Virus record (IMG/VR): IMGVR_UViG_3300017760_000001
Span: 1-64,000 of that record
DNA length: 64,000 nt
Strand: one strand, 5' to 3'
Source: a virus
Shown: positions 63,779 through 64,000 of the stretch, in pieces
Numbering within the stretch: position 1 is the stretch's first letter
Layout: each line of letters begins with the position of its first letter
The notes under the pieces: model-generated
Database searches by the model: none
Told to the model about the DNA's origin: nothing
The model's input: only the letters and a program-made list of their open reading frames with translations
Made by a program: the position numbers and the translations under genes

Positions 63779-64000
63779 TCAGTCCCATTCGTGTACACCT
63801 ACCTCACCTTGTAAACGTTCTAACCACTCTGTCATATCTTCGTCTGGTCGCATCTGTTGTTCTTCCATTTCGATGTGTTCTGATCCATCATCAATGAATC
63901 CAGCTGGAGGCACATCATTCTCGATTGCCAACATCTTCTCTTCAAACATCATCTGTTTGAGGTTGATATCTGTCATGTCAGCAAAGAACTGAGTTGATAC
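63779..64000 (-). CDS. gp17: terminase large subunit C-terminus (partial)
   Basis: Frame open to the window edge; ...FFADMTD...IENDVPPAGFIDDG tail; directly upstream of gp18. Confidence 0.7.
   Translation of the reverse strand, partial: VSTQFFADMTDINLKQMMFEEKMLAIENDVPPAGFIDDGSEHIEMEEQQMRPDEDMTEWLERLQGEVGVHEWD

Noticed and set aside
233-63992. The many plus-strand ORFs and short overlapping minus-strand ORFs in the track (e.g. 1513..2037, 11679..12179, 34591..35277, 57920..58387, 63513..63992)
   Set aside because: They are antisense or alternate-frame shadows of well-supported genes, with no RBS or motifs; only 53619..54749 and 54818..55810 are credible plus-strand CDS
1-64000. Alternative genetic code or stop-codon reassignment
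   Set aside because: Core genes translate full-length with the standard code and all three stop codons terminate genes

Overview
A 64-kb slice of a T4-like myovirus genome whose gene order resembles marine cyanophage/pelagiphage-type T4 relatives. Almost everything is on the minus strand. Reading along that strand: gp17 C-terminus, gp18, gp19, gp20, gp67/68-like, gp21, gp22, gp23; a plus-strand island (DUF4338-like, ParB-like, atypical tRNA-Gly); gp3, uvsY, glutaredoxin, uvsW, gp55, gp47, gp46, gp45, gp44, dCMP deaminase, gp62, regA, hsp20, gp43, an AEP primase-like gene, two nucleotide-sugar enzymes, uvsX, gp41, MazG-like, thyX; a late-promoter operon with CsgF/CsgG, two curlin-like proteins, a FecR protein and a CHASE2 adenylate cyclase; an early accessory cluster; a late cluster of proteins with capsid-targeting-like N-termini; and nrdA fused to glutaredoxin. 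Transcription signals are near-consensus sigma70 promoters (TTGACA-17/18-TATAAT) and T4 late promoters (TATAAATA). Best leads: (1) the curli-secretion + FecR + cyclase operon as a phage-encoded trans-envelope signalling system; (2) GGNCC/CCNGG/CCGG sites seen only where a GpC overlaps them, suggesting GpC-directed DNA modification; (3) an apparently virion-packaged, protease-processed enzyme kit; (4) a G33 tRNA-Gly and a ROSE-like thermometer on hsp20. All calls come from manual reading and motif recognition; no database searches were run.
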